Shown: positions 24,922 through 37,328 of the stretch, piece after piece
Layout of the letters: each line of letters starts with the position of its first letter
Position numbering within the stretch: the stretch's first letter is position 1
Assembly (NCBI GenBank): GCA_958009085.1
Contig: OY253687.1
Coordinates: forward strand, 310,001-374,000
DNA from: Protoeuglena noctilucae
Lineage: Eukaryota
DNA: 64,000 nt
Reading direction: 5' to 3'
The notes under the pieces: model-generated
Database searches by the model: none
What the model saw: only the letters and a program-made list of their open reading frames with translations
What the model was told of the DNA's origin: nothing
Made by a program: the position numbers and the translations under genes

Positions 24922-27900
24922 ATGTCCTCTGGAAACCTGAAAGCGGCCGGGCCCGGCGCGAATGAGCCGGGTAAGGAACGATTGAGTTTGCGGGCGAGTT
25001 TCACCTGGTTGCATCCATTCAACAGTTCTACGACATTAAAAATTGGCTGGGCTGGCATTTGCAGGTCAGGATGAGTTCGTTATCTTCAGACCCGACGGGC
25101 CAGAGAACAAGAACCTGGTGGAGGTGAGTGGTGCCTGTGTTCGTGCTGCATGCATCCATGGCATGCAGATAAACTGCGTGCAGCCCTTCCACGCTTTGAC
25201 GGCCCGCGCAGTGCCTCAAGCGTGCTATTCAAGTGCGGCAGGACGTCCTGGGGGACAGCGGGTCGGGGCAAGAGCTGAAGCACGTTGCGCTGGTGGTGGA
25301 CGCCAATAATGTGCTGGTCGAGCGGTGGAGCGGACCAAGACAAGGCAAGAGGCCGCGTTTCGTATGCGCACACGGTATCAGTTAGAATGCTGAAAACAAG
25401 CTTTGGTTTTGATTCTCCTCCACCGCAGAGCTCGACTACGGCGAGTTTTCCAAGGGAATTGGCGCAAATGTCAAACGGGTCGCGGAAGCCCTCACTAAAG
25501 CGGTCAGGGAAACCGATCTAAATGTGGAAAAGATTGAGTTGGTGTGCGTGGTGGACGGGCCCCCGGGGAGTGCGACACAAGGTGAGCACTGCAAGCCCGC
25601 TCATCCCTAGCACATCGCGTCCATGGCTATGGACAAAAGAGCGGTGCTGCATTGCCGCAGATATGAGCGATGATGACGCCAATCCGCTGTTTGGGAAGAA
25701 CCCAGAGAAGCTGCCCAGGGAGCCTCCGAAGCCCACAGACAGGGTGCGCGATCAGCTTCCCAATTTCGGGGTCCACCAGACGCTGGCGACCCTGGCAGCG
25801 CTGGCCAAGGACCCGAGCAAGCTACACGGAGTCACTTTGCAGATCATCAGCTCGTGCCTGGAGGGGGACCGCCTGGCGCATGCCTGCGCAGGTGACGCAG
25901 CTGCGATGGTATCGATGGTATCAATTGTGTTTCAGTCAGACCCATGGCAGCAGTCCCTTGAGATGACCCCACAGATGACATCGTTCTTTCCTGTTGCAGT
26001 GGAGCTTGGGGCAGTGGCGGCCATCTCCACTGACAGGGACTACCTTGGCTTTAATGTCCCACGCATCTTCTGGCCAGGCGATGTGCACCTCGCATACGCC
26101 GTGCCCAAGACGCGCCCCCTCGTCCAAACGGCGATCACGCTGCTGGGCACGGACTTCCACGCAAAGGGCGTGAGCTTTCCAGGACATGGTCCCGATCCCT
26201 TCTATTTCCGCAAACAGGGAGTACTCAACGTGGACGGGGACTTTGTGGATTGCGTCCGTGAGGTCGCGGGCGACCTGGACAAGATCTGGAACGGCAGGGT
26301 GAGCGCAGCTGCAAGAGCTGTGCGTGCCAGGCTCAATATGTGCACGTGACTGGGGCTCGGTCAAGCTGATGTCTTCGTGCCTGCTTTGCTTGCAGAGCAT
26401 GGAGGGGAGCCCGACAGGCGTGGGGGTGCTGGAGCTGCTGACGGAGTCCGCCACAAGAGAGCTCATCCAGACCAACCACATCGCCGGTCTGCGACGCAAG
26501 CAGCAGGAGTGGCTCGACGCGTGCAGCGAGGTGGAGAGGTGGAAGCAGCAGGCTGTCGCACCCATGTGGATCGATGGAGCGTTCTTTGACTTCTTCAGCA
26601 CCGATGTGGGTGTCACCTTCAGCCGGGAGGAGGAGGGCCCGGGTGGATTTGTGGAGAAAGGCACGGCAAACGAGGGGTGCGTGTTGGCGATGGCGGACAG
26701 CGTGTACAAGAAGCATCTGGGTACGCCTGGGAGGGATGCGATGCTGCAGCACGTTGCCAAAGGCATTGCCGAGTGCACCGTACACCGGGCGAGCTGGGAG
26801 CACCTCTTTCTCGCGACGGGATACGTCAGGCAGAGCATCCCCATGTGAGTGCGGGCGCGTAATGGTTTGCCCTAGCTGCTGCACCACTGCATAGGGCACG
26901 TGTTGCAGTGTTGCCCTGTGAACATGTGTGAGCAGTTTCTCAACATCTGTAGTTCGACACCCGCAGGTCTGGCAGGACCTTGAAAGCAGAGGAGGAGAAT
27001 GCCGTCCAGGACTTGTGGAGCTCGTGGCAGGGGGTGTGGGCGTTTATGGGCCACAAGGAATCCATCATCATGGTCGACAGGACTGACCTGGCCTTTCCGA
27101 CAGGTACCGTCCCCATCCACTCCCAGTGAGTCGCTTGTTTTCTACATCTCGTCTCGAGCTCACTGTAACTTGTATGTCCTGCACCGGTACCAGCGGCAAA
27201 TGCAAGCCATTGTTACAATGCAGACCTGTCATGCGTTTTGCACAACCATTGGTAATGGCGACTTTCATGAGGTCTGTCATGGCTATCGTCAGCGCATCCA
27301 GGCATGGGTGATGTCAGCGACTCGCTCCGGCGCAGGTACGACATCTCGGCAACCATCGACATCGACCAGCGACTGGAAGCTGCAAAGGCGGTGTACCTGC
27401 AGCTGTCGGGAGCTGGAGGCGCCCCCCTTGGGGAGGGCGGCCTTTTCGACAAGGTGTGGGTCGAGAACAGAGCAGAGGACACGACTCAGCCGGTCCACGT
27501 GAGAGAGCTGGACAGCATGGCGGTGGCGGCGGCGCTGGTGATGGGCCCCCACATGCGCGGCGCTGGAGAGGAGCTGGCCATGCTGGCGGGTGTGTTCACG
27601 TGCGTCAGGGAGGCAGATGTTCGCGCCATGTCAGGGGAGGTCTGGGACGCAACCAAGCGGCTTCTGTTCTGCGCCGTGGCCACCACCCTCGCACGCTGCA
27701 GCGCGAGTGCACGAGCGCTGGGCAACGACACGCCGCTGATTGCCGTCCACAAAGATGCAGCGGATGATCTTGCGATGCTGCAGCGCCAGCAGGGGGCCTT
27801 GCGGAACGACTTCCGCAAACTTGTGCCCGAACTTCTCAAGATGCTGCGCATCAGCTCGGTGGCGCCCTCATACAGCAGTGCAAAGGACGGGCATGCGCAG

Positions 27901-28122
27901 GCCTTCTGTCTGGTGGAGGTCAGCGTGGAGTTGTGCCTGCACGCAATGACTGCGGCGTCGATCGACATGTTGCCTCTCTTCTCCAAGGGGCTGCCGGTCC
28001 CCAAGTTCGTTTTCGCCAGGCCCCTCAAAGCGCAGCCAGCCGCAGTCCCTGGCAAGGGGCAGGTGGCAGCGGGAAGGGGTCAGACGGGCGGGAGGCAGGC
28101 CAAACGCACGTACGGCAGATGA
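24922..28122 (+). CDS. Asteroid/ASTE1-like XPG/FEN1-family PIN-domain nuclease, paralog A
   Basis: Nine phase-consistent exons (24922-24970, 25065-25123, 25212-25344, 25429-25581, 25661-25891, 26000-26298, 26396-26844, 26967-27125, 27336-28122). Ordered acidic motifs LVVDANN, VCVVDG, LEGDRLA, AISTDRDY, LLGTDF match the FEN-like PIN active site. Confidence 0.72.
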
Positions 28123-28719
28123 GGCTATGGGTAGCAAGAGCGACTGCGACCGCTGGTGATGGTAGCCAGGGCTGTGGAGTAGTCGAGGGTGCACTAGGGG
28201 AGGATGCAAGGTGCGTGGCAGCAGCGGCAGGAAGAGGGTTAAAGGGGGTTAGAGGGTTAAGCTAGCTAAGATTACATGCAAGGACAGAATTTGTGCTGCC
28301 CTGTCGTATGTTTCCATAGTACTATACTACGCATATGAGCTCAGAAGGGCCATGCAACGGATGCAATGCCCGACAGACTGTAAGCTAAGCAAATGCTAGT
28401 CAGCTGACGAAATTGCTTTTTTCACAGGGAACACGCCGTTCCAAACATATGATTTATATAGAGGGCACTGTGCCATGCAGGCAGCGGCTGCTAGCCACTT
28501 GAGACAAGATTGCATGTAAGGAATGGCTTTTGTGCTGCGGAGATGGAGATTTCCATGTAAGCTTCAGGGGGGCCATGCCATAGATGTGATGCCCGACATG
28601 TGAGTGCCCGATATGTGAGTCAAGCGACTGCTAGTAGACTGGCGAGTGCTCTCCATGCGCACGTCTGCCTTTGAAGGGAACACGCCGTCAACCCGTCAAC
28701 CACCAGTACAAGAGGGCAC

Positions 28720-28937
28720 TCTGTGTGCAGCGGCTGGTAGCTCTTGAAGAGCACAGGCTCCCTCGCGCGCCACGAGCTCATCGCGTTACAGCAGCTGCTA
28801 GCAGCGGCAGCTGGCAACAAGAAGTGCACGCGCGTGCCCCGCCCCATCACAGGTGCAGGCCGTGCCGGTTTTTCTTCTCCCACTTGATGGCCTCGTTGAC
28901 GGGTGCGCCACAGACTTGTCCGAGACGCCGCCCGCGT
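28720..28937 (-). pseudogene. Orphan 3' fragment of the 34962-36568 gene with an internal deletion
   Basis: Encodes VNEAIKWEKKNRHGLHL (intact copy VNEAIKWEKKNRRGLHP); the sequence equivalent to ~35016-35171 is missing. Confidence 0.85.
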
Positions 28938-29139
28938 CCCACCTCAGCCCACCTTACTTCGCTTGGCGTGAGGCATTTGCTCAGGGTATGCCGGCAGGGC
29001 CAAAGGGACGCGGTCAATCGCAAGCAACTTGCATGGTGGCTGCTGCTAAGCCCAGCCTGCCCGCCCTGAGTCGTGTCTTTCATCCAGTAAAGCCAACATC
29101 TAGCTCCCCTGCGCTCGCAGCGCACCTCGTCTTGGGCTG

Positions 29140-30103
29140 ACTGACTGACTCGCTTCAAAGGGTCCACAGCTTAGGCCTCAGGCCTATTGCTCGCCAGTTC
29201 TAGCCTATGACTAGGGGTCCCTGGACCTGGCTTAAGCCGCTTTGGCAGCACAAGGGCCTATGCTACCAATACCCAAGAAGTTTGCATCAACTGCGTAGTG
29301 TACATCCGCGCAGCCGAGCCAGAGGTGGAAACCGAAGGTAAAAACCACCCGAAGGCGAGGAGGGCAAGCCCCCCCGTGCCGGTGAAGGCGCAAGCAAGAA
29401 GCAAGCGCAAGGCCCCCAGATACGAGGGCGGGTGCCCGCTAGGCGGGCTCAAAGGGCTGCAGCAAGGCAGCGGGGGCAGCTGCAAGACAGCGGGTAGGCG
29501 GCGCGGCGGTTGCCATTCCCCCCGACTCGCAGGGCCGGGCTGGGGTGGCGGGCTCAGTGGCCCACCGCTTGAGAGCCCTTGTGCATGGGGAGGTGCCCCT
29601 GGGGCGCCGTCCTCTGCACCCTGGGCCCGGCCGCCCCATCATGGCGGCGCTCGGACACGAAGGCCGATGGGGAAGGGGAGTGGGCGCCCCACGCCCGGCG
29701 CGGGCACACGGTCCATGCTGAACCACTGGCCCGCCTGCTGGATCTCTTGGACGACAGCCTGACGCTGGGAGAAGAAGGCGCCCCCCACCGTCTTGGCGAT
29801 GACGCGGCGCACCCGAGTGAGCACCTCGCCCGTGCCCGGGGGCCGGGCGTGGGGCAGCCGGCGCAGGGTGGTGTGGTACAGGACCATCGTGCCCCGTGCC
29901 GCCATGGCCCAGGCGGAGGCGACGATGAGCCACAGGGTCGGCGGCCAGTTGGGCGGCGTCTGCAGGCCGAGCACGTGGCCGGCCGTGAGCTGCTCAGAGG
30001 GCCCCAATGCCCAGGCTCACAGCGCTCGACGTGCCTCCGTGACGCGCGGGCAGAGCCACAGGGCGTGGCTGCGAGTGTTGGGGGGGGCCGCGCCGTCCTC
30101 GGT
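29140..30103 (-). mobile_element. 5'-truncated non-LTR retrotransposon (LINE ORF2 C-terminus plus 3' UTR)
   Basis: 15-bp target-site duplication cctcgtcttgggctg at 29125-29139 and 30104-30118, single-copy at the empty paralogous site 23716-23730. (AGTC)n tail at the element 3' end. Translation HALWLCPRVTEARRAL*AWALG...HVLGLQTPPNWPPTLWLIV resembles the LINE CCHC knuckle and downstream region, with one in-frame stop. Confidence 0.8.
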
Positions 30104-30720
30104 CCTCGTCTTGGGCTGGCTGGCTCTGTCGGAGGAGGTCGCGGGTTCGTCCCCCGCCGGCAGCGCCGACGCGGTGCTGGAGCTGGAGCACGTCTCCGCC
30201 GTGCGCGGGCGGCTGCTGTGGGAGGCGCTCTGCGCCGTCCTGGGCCTGGCGGAGGGGGGCAGCCTCGTGCTGCGCGTGCCCGACTGCCTCACGCGCGCCA
30301 CCGTGGGCGTCCTGTACGTGCTGCACCGCTCGTTCGCGCGAACGCACGTCGCCCGGGCCGGCACGCAGTGCGCCGCCAGCCCCGACTGGCTGGTGGTGCT
30401 GTGGGACTTCCTGGGACTGCGCGCTGCCGCCAAGCGCGTGCTGTCGGCGGCCCTCGACCGCCACAACGCGCTGGGCGACGGGTGCGCCGAGGAGCTGGCC
30501 GACGTGGTGCCCCCGGTCGAGTACATGGGGTCGGCGTTCTTCAAGTACATCTGCACGAGGAACGCGCTCCTGGGCAAGCACGAGGTCGAGCGGCGCAACG
30601 GCGTCGCGGGCGCCGGGGCGGGCGAGGAGGCCAGGCGCGTGACCGTTGCAGACGCGTGCGACGCGCTCGGGCTGCCCGACCCGGGCGCTGCTGGAGGTGC
30701 GGGGAAGCGGAGGGGCGTGA
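30104..30720 (+). pseudogene. Duplicated last exon of CMTR2 without upstream exons
   Basis: Near-identical to 23716-24337 (5 mismatches in the first ~100 bp); interrupted by the LINE at its 5' end and altered by a deletion near the stop. Confidence 0.88.
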
Positions 30721-31315
30721 GGGGCGGACAGGATCGTCTTAGCAGCGATCGGCGCGGGCCAGCACCTGTATGTGGACTTGATATTTGATTCACGGCCATT
30801 GGCTGTGGTCCATTGCGGACGATTTGGCGACACTTGGGTCTTGCGTAGGTGCCAGCGGTCAACCCTGCTCCGGGCGACCATTTCAAGCTCGCGAGCAACG
30901 CTATCCGCGACAGAATCGATGCATGGACTGCACAGCGGTGCGTGGCGCGGCCATTATCCGGGCGAGAGCAGCGAGGGTCGACGTTTCTTGATTGAGTGAG
31001 ATTCCGACCGAGGCTGCTGGCGCTGACTCACAAGACGGTTTCAGGTAAACATCATTGCGGCGATCTACCCGACCGCGACCCTGCACGGGCCACGGGGAGC
31101 TTCCGCGGCATGGCCGCACTCTCTGAGATGCATGGGTGCTCCAACGCTTTGCCCTCCTGCTTCGGAACAAGAATATCTATGTCCACAGCAAGGGTTTGGA
31201 TGCTCGCATGCCCCGTACACGCAGGGGAGCTACTGTGCTCAGATTGTGGTGCGTGGCAGGCCTGGGCACCCGCTACGGAGCTTCACCGGCATCAGAGAAC
31301 GCGTGGGAGCAGCAA

Positions 31316-34300
31316 ATGGCCTCTCAAAACACTAGCATGGCTGGGGGTGTCTCGAAAGGCCCGGGTGAGGGACAAAGGAGTGTACACAAGCTCATGACGC
31401 TGCTTGCATCCGATCCACGCCGTGATCGACTGGCATTTGCAGGTCAGGGAGATATCAGAATTTTCACACCCAACGGGGCGGGGAACAAGGACCTGGCGGA
31501 GGTGAGCGGTGTCCGCCCGGGGTGTTCATGCACGCCCTCTGCAGATCAACAGTTTTGCACCCCTTCCACGCTTTGCCTGCCCGTGCAGTGCCTCAAGCAT
31601 GCTATTCAAGTGCGGAAGGACATCCTGAGGGACAGCGGGTTGGGGCAAGAGCTGAAGCACGTGGCGCTGGTGGTGGACGCCAATAACGTGCTGGTGCCGC
31701 GGTGGAGCGGACAAGGCAAGAGGCCGCGTTTCGTATGTGCACACGGCGGCAAAGCTGATGCAAGGAAGCAATATTTATTTGACTTTCCTCTCCGCAGCAC
31801 TGAATTACGGCGCGTTTTCCTCAGACATTAGAAAAAAAGTCGAGCATATTGCGGCAGCGCTCACAGAAGCGCTCGCGGATACGATTCGAGAATCAGCTCC
31901 GGATATCTCTGAGGAAAAGTTCAATTCCTTGCTTCAAGGCATCAACGTCGATTTGGTATGCGTGGTGGATGGACCCCCGGGGAGTGCGACCCAAGGTGAG
32001 TGTGAGCATTGCGCGGCCTTGCAAGCCCCATGTCATCCCTGGAAGGTCGCGCCCATGGCTATGGAAACAACTGCGGTGCTGCAATGTCGCAGATGTGAGC
32101 GGTCCAAAAGGCGGTCCACTGCTTGGGAAGAACCCGGAGAAGCTTCCCAGGGAGCCCCTAGAGCCCACAGACAGGGTGCACGATCATCTTCCCAATTTTG
32201 GTGTCCATCAGACGCTGGCGACACTGGCAAATATCGCCAAAGTCTCAAAAAAACTAGACGCAGTCAATGTGCGCTGCATCAGCTCGTGCCTGGAGGGAGA
32301 CCGCATGGCGCACGCCTGTGCAGGTGACCCAGCTGCCATGCACAAACCAGAGAAGATTCAAAAGCCTGAGGCAGCGATTGCTTGAGCAGGTCTCAAATGA
32401 AATGATGCACCTTCCCTTTGCAGTGGAGCTGGGTGCAGTGGCGGCCATCTCCACTGACAGGGACTACCTCGGCTTTAATGTCCCACGCATCTTCTGGCCA
32501 GGCGATGTGCACCTCGCATACGCCGTGCCCGGCAAGCTTCAGTTCGTCCAAGCGGCAATCACGCTGCTGGGCACGGACTTCCACGCAAAGGGCAAGGAAG
32601 TGGACATCCAGGGACATGGAAAGAAAACCGCCTACTTCCGCAAACACGGAGTTTTCGACATGGACAACATGTACGAAGACTTTGTGGGCTGCGTTGGTCA
32701 GGTCGCGGGCGACCTGGACAAGATCTGGAGAGGCATGGTGAGCACACACTGTTTGCTTGAGGGGCGATGCATGCAAGGTTGTACATTTGCACATGGCTGC
32801 GGGGTTAAGGATTAAGTGATATCTGCATACCCGACGCTGCCTCTCAGAATATGAAGTGGAAACCGGAAGTCGTGGAGGTGCTGGAGCTGCTGACGAAGTC
32901 CGCCACGAGACGATTCATCCAAAGCAATTGCATCAAGGGTCTGCAACGCAAGCAGCAGGAGTGGCTGGACGCGTGCACGGAGGTGGAGAGGTGGAAGCAG
33001 CAGGCCATCGCGCCCATGTGGATAGATGGGGCGTTCTTCGACTTGTTCAGCACCGACGTGGGCGTGACCTTCAGCCGGGAGGAGGAGGGCCCGGGCGGAT
33101 CAAAGAAGAAAGGCGTGGCAAACCAGGAAGGCGTGTTAAAAATGGCGCGCAAAGTGTACACGAAGCATCTGAACCTGTCTGGGAGGAAGGCGATGCTTCA
33201 GCACGTTGCCAAGGGCATTGCCAAGTGCACCATACACCGGGCGAGCTGGGAGCACCTGCTTCTCGCGACGGGATACGTCAGGCAGAGCATTCCCATGTGA
33301 GGGCAGGCGCTTCATGGCTTAGGCTTACCCTCATCCCGGGCCTGCACTGCTCGGTGCACTTGTTGCACAGTGATTGCACTGCGAGCGTGACATGACCAGT
33401 CTTTTATCCGACGTTGACCCGCAGGTTTGACAGGACGACCAAAGCAGAGGAGGAGAAAGCCTTTCAGGCCCTGTGGAGCTCGTGGCAGGGCTTGTGGGCG
33501 TTTATGGGGCACGAGAAGTCCGAAGTCATGGTCGACAGGCCTGGCCGACGGGGGCCGTCAGCATCCAGTCCCTGCCCTCCCCTCCCCTCCCCAAGTGAGT
33601 ATTTGCGCTGTATGTGGGGTACCAGTGACGCATAGACGCAAGCCATGATCATGAGGCGGAGCAGTGATGCGTGTACACAGCACAAACCTCGCCAGTACTG
33701 ACGATCGTGGCTGTCGTCTTGACGCATCCGTGGCTTTTGCAATGTAAACGACTTGCTCTGACGCAGTTGCGAGATCTCGGAATCCACCAACCCCAACCAG
33801 CGACTGGGTGCTGCCAACGCGTACGACCAACTGTCGGGTGCCACCATCGGGAATGACGGCCTTTTTGACAAGGTGTGGGCCGGAAACACAAACCGGCATT
33901 CTCGAGTGATGAGACAGCTGGACTGCATGGCGGTGGCGGCAGCACTGGTGCTGGGCCCCCAAGACGCTGCACAGGAGCTGGCCACGCTGGAACGTGTGTT
34001 CACGAGTGTCAGGGCAGCTGAAAGATACATGTCTAAAGAGCTGTGGCACGCAACCAAGCGGCTTCTGTTCTGTGCCGTGGCAACCAGCCTCGCACGCTGC
34101 AGCGCGAGTGCGAGGGCACGGGCGCGGGGGCTGGACATCAAAAATTCAACGCTGTTGGCCGTTCACATCGGCTTTAACGAGGACCTCTTCAAGCACCTCA
34201 GCCAGCAGAGTGAATTAGCACACTTTGCCCGCGTAATTCACACGGAGATTACCAAGATACTACCCAACAGCTCGGGGTCGCCCACATACAGCAGTGCAAG

Positions 34301-34454
34301 GGAAGGAGATGCTCAGGCCTTCTGCTTGGTGGAGGCCAGTGTGGAGCTGTGCCTGCACGCAATGACTGCCGCGTCCATTGACATGCTGCCTCTCTTTTCT
34401 GACGGGTTGCCAATTCCCGCATTCGTTTTCCCCAAGCACCGCAACTCGCAGTAG
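31316..34454 (+). CDS. Asteroid/ASTE1-like XPG/FEN1-family PIN-domain nuclease, paralog B
   Basis: Same exon structure and the same five acidic motifs as paralog A. The last intron (donor 33595, acceptor 33766) is phase-mismatched unless another donor is used. Confidence 0.68.
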
Positions 34455-34961
34455 TCCGCAGTCCCTGGCAAGGGGCAGGTGACAGCGGGAAGGGGTGCGG
34501 GAGGTAGGCTAAAGGACGCACGGCAGATGGGAGACGGGTAGCAGGAGTGACTGCGATCGCTGGTGACGGTAGCAAGGGCTGTGGAGCAACGGAGGGCGCA
34601 CTTGGGGAGGATGCTTGAGGTGTGGCAGCAGCGGCAGTGACAAGGACTGAGCTAGCTGAGATTGCATGCAAGGAAATGCTTTCGTGCTGCGGTGTGTGTT
34701 TGGTCTTTGGGGCCATGCAATGGGTTGCAAATGTTCCACAGATATGTGACTCGAGTGATTGCTAGGGGGCTAACATATGCAGCATTCGCAGGGAACACGC
34801 CGTTTCACACACGTTAACGAGGGGGCACTGTGCCATGTAGGCAGCGGCTGCTCGCTCTTGAAGAGCACAGGCTCCCTTGCGCGCCACGAGCTCATCGCGT
34901 TACAGCAGCTGCTAGCAGCGGCAGCTAGTAACCAAGGAGTGCACACACGTGCCCCACCCTG

Positions 34962-36568
34962 TCACGGGTGCAGGCCGCGCCGGTTCTTCTTCTCCCACTT
35001 GATGGCCTCGTTGACGCGGCGGGAGAGGTCGGTGACGCGGCGGTGGAGCAGGTTGCCGCCGGCCTGCTGCCGGATGAAGAGGTTGGGGTTGGGGTATGAA
35101 TACTGCCCTGGCACTTGCTTGGTCGCGTGCGCGTGTGCGGCGCGCTTGACGGTTGCGTTGAAGGCCTTCAAGTGCGCCACGGACTTGTCCGAGACGCCGC
35201 CCTCGTAGCTCACGAACGCGTGCTGCCACGGGGCGGGTGGTGGATCCCACGACTCCATGCTGTCCGAGTGCACGTCCGGCACTTGCACGGCTGCCACGGC
35301 CTGCAGCCACGGCACGAGCAGTGAGGACCTTCGCTGCAAGTACAACCCGACATGTGACCGCAGCGGCCACTCAACAGACAGCCCCGCCAAAAGCCTCACC
35401 TCCAGCTCCCGGTGGGACATGCGTTCCAACACCCCGACCAGCTCCCACTGCAGCCCCCGCTCCACAGGCCCGGCCCCGCCGTTCTCCTCCCGCCCCACCG
35501 CGCCGCTCTCGGCGCCGTCCGAGCCCCCAGAGCTCCCCAGCCGGGCGCGAGAGGGCCCCGCGCGACGCGACGACCGCGCCAGACCCACCCAGGGCGTGTA
35601 CTGGTGCAGGTTGTCAGCCTCTGCGGGCAAGGCAGCGTCACGCGAGGCGCTCACGTCATGTCAGCGACCCGTGCAGAGGCCGGGCGCCTTCACACACCGC
35701 CTCGCCAGCCCCCTCACCGTGGGTCAAGCCCGGCCATGGCGTGCTCTTCTCTCGCGACCCCAGGCCCCTCGACGCCGGCACGCTGGCCGAGCGCCGCGGG
35801 GGAAGCCGGCTGCGCTTGATCACGTCCTGGATGGCTTCGTTCTCGAAACGCCAGATGTGCTCCTGATGGCGCTCCAACTCCTGTGGACGGACTGAGGCCC
35901 CAGCGTGCGTGCGAGTCGTCCTCTGCACATGCCCAGATGCGGCCCTCCAGGCGCAGCCGCAGCGCACCTCGAGGTTGCAGCCTGGAGAGGCCTGCATGGA
36001 CGCCTGGTAAGAGACGGCCGAAACCACGCGGTGGAGAACGGCCGCCACCTGGTCGCGCTCCGCGGGGGAGAGCTCAGCGGTGCTGGAGGTTTCTGGGGCC
36101 GTCACGGAGGGCGGCGGAGGCGGGCGGAAGGGCGTCTCGCTGCAGCAGGGAGAGGGGCAGGGGATGCATGGGTGGGTGGGCGAGACGACGCTCTGGTGCA
36201 CACGACTCCCGGCATCGCCTCACATGGTCCACAGGTGGCGCCGCAGGATCCCCTCCACGCGTCGCTGCGACTCCTCCTCTCTCCTCCTGTCGCGCAGCTC
36301 CATCTCCCGCAGCCAGTAGGACAAGTTCTCAGCCGGGGGGCGGACCGGCGACACCTGCGTCGGGTGTTGCGCGCGCGCTGAGAGTCTGGTCCGCAGTACC
36401 GGCGTCGCTTCGCCAGAGAAAGCGGATACGCACCCGGACGTCCAGCGGACCGTCCTCCCGGGCCCGGTAGTTGGACATGCGCACAGTCCACGTCGTGCCG
36501 GCCTCCGCGCTGGCATCCTGCGGGGCGCTCGAGGTCCCGCTCGAGGCCTGACGCCCGCTTCCGTCCAT
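34962..36568 (-). CDS. Hypothetical multi-exon protein
   Basis: Exons bounded by splice signals, MDGSGRQASSG...NLSYWLREMELRD...ELERHQEHIWRFENEAIQD...YSYPNPNLFIRQQAGGNLLHRRVTDLSRRVNEAIKWEKKNRRGLHP*. No family recognised. Confidence 0.65.
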
Positions 36569-37328
36569 GATGCTCCGAGGGGCTGCACCCGCTGAGCTGG
36601 AAACCCCAAGTTTCCCTTCAAAGAAGGGGCGCTCCCAAAGCGACCCTGCCGCGCGGTGTAACGAGTGGCCCTCGCTCCCTTTCGGGTGCCGGTGTCCCTC
36701 AGGCCACGTGTGACACGGCCAGGAGCCCGATGCAGGCCGCTTTTGCGGCGGAGGACTTTTTGGGCTGGCGTTTCGGTTGCCAGTCACGCAGAGCCCGGGC
36801 CAGCCGTCGCGCCTGCCTTCCGATGTCGACAGTCGACACTGCGACGCGCGGGACTGGCGGATCGGCGCTGCGCCGAGCACTGGGACCGGGCAACTCGCGC
36901 CTGCGGTCGCTCTCCCCAAGATGGGTATCGGGAGGATCTGCAGCACTCATATAAGGATCGCGGCCTTCTGCTGGGCGCGTTGAGGTGACGACTCGGCGAG
37001 GCACGCGGGCGAATCTCCTCGCCGGGGGACAGCGGGCTGGGCTCCCCGCTCCCCGCTTTGAGAGAGCGCTTTTCTAGGGTGCGTTGGCGAGCTGGGCCCG
37101 GCACGACAGCGCCTCCAGCCCTGGAGCAGGGGCGCGCGATTGCGAAGGCCGCGCCGCCGAACAGGGATGGGGGATGTCCTTCGTTTGAGTCGCTTACGCA
37201 CGCGGTACTGCTCGCCCTGCGCTGCAGAGGACCCGGAGGACTCGGCGGGCCCGCCTGCGCGCTCAACAGTTTCGTCCCTTTTGGGGCCCCGGGGGGGGGC
37301 GTGCGCGCAGGTTCCTGGCCGGCACGAG

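Larger units (their letters stand above)
23690..28937. repeat. Tandem segmental duplication, copy A
   Basis: Homologous to ~29105-35206: CMTR2 last exon, intergenic region, nuclease gene and 3' end of the downstream minus-strand gene. Confidence 0.9.
29105..35206. repeat. Tandem segmental duplication, copy B (contains the LINE insertion)
   Basis: Homologous to 23690-28937. Confidence 0.9.

Noticed and set aside
29793..30788. 331-aa ORF as an independent gene
   Set aside because: Chance read-through from the antisense LINE remnant into the duplicated CMTR2 exon.
20659..34454. Endogenous giant-virus insertion carrying a cap methyltransferase and nuclease
   Set aside because: Genes have host-type introns including GC-AG, similar composition, and no viral hallmark genes nearby.
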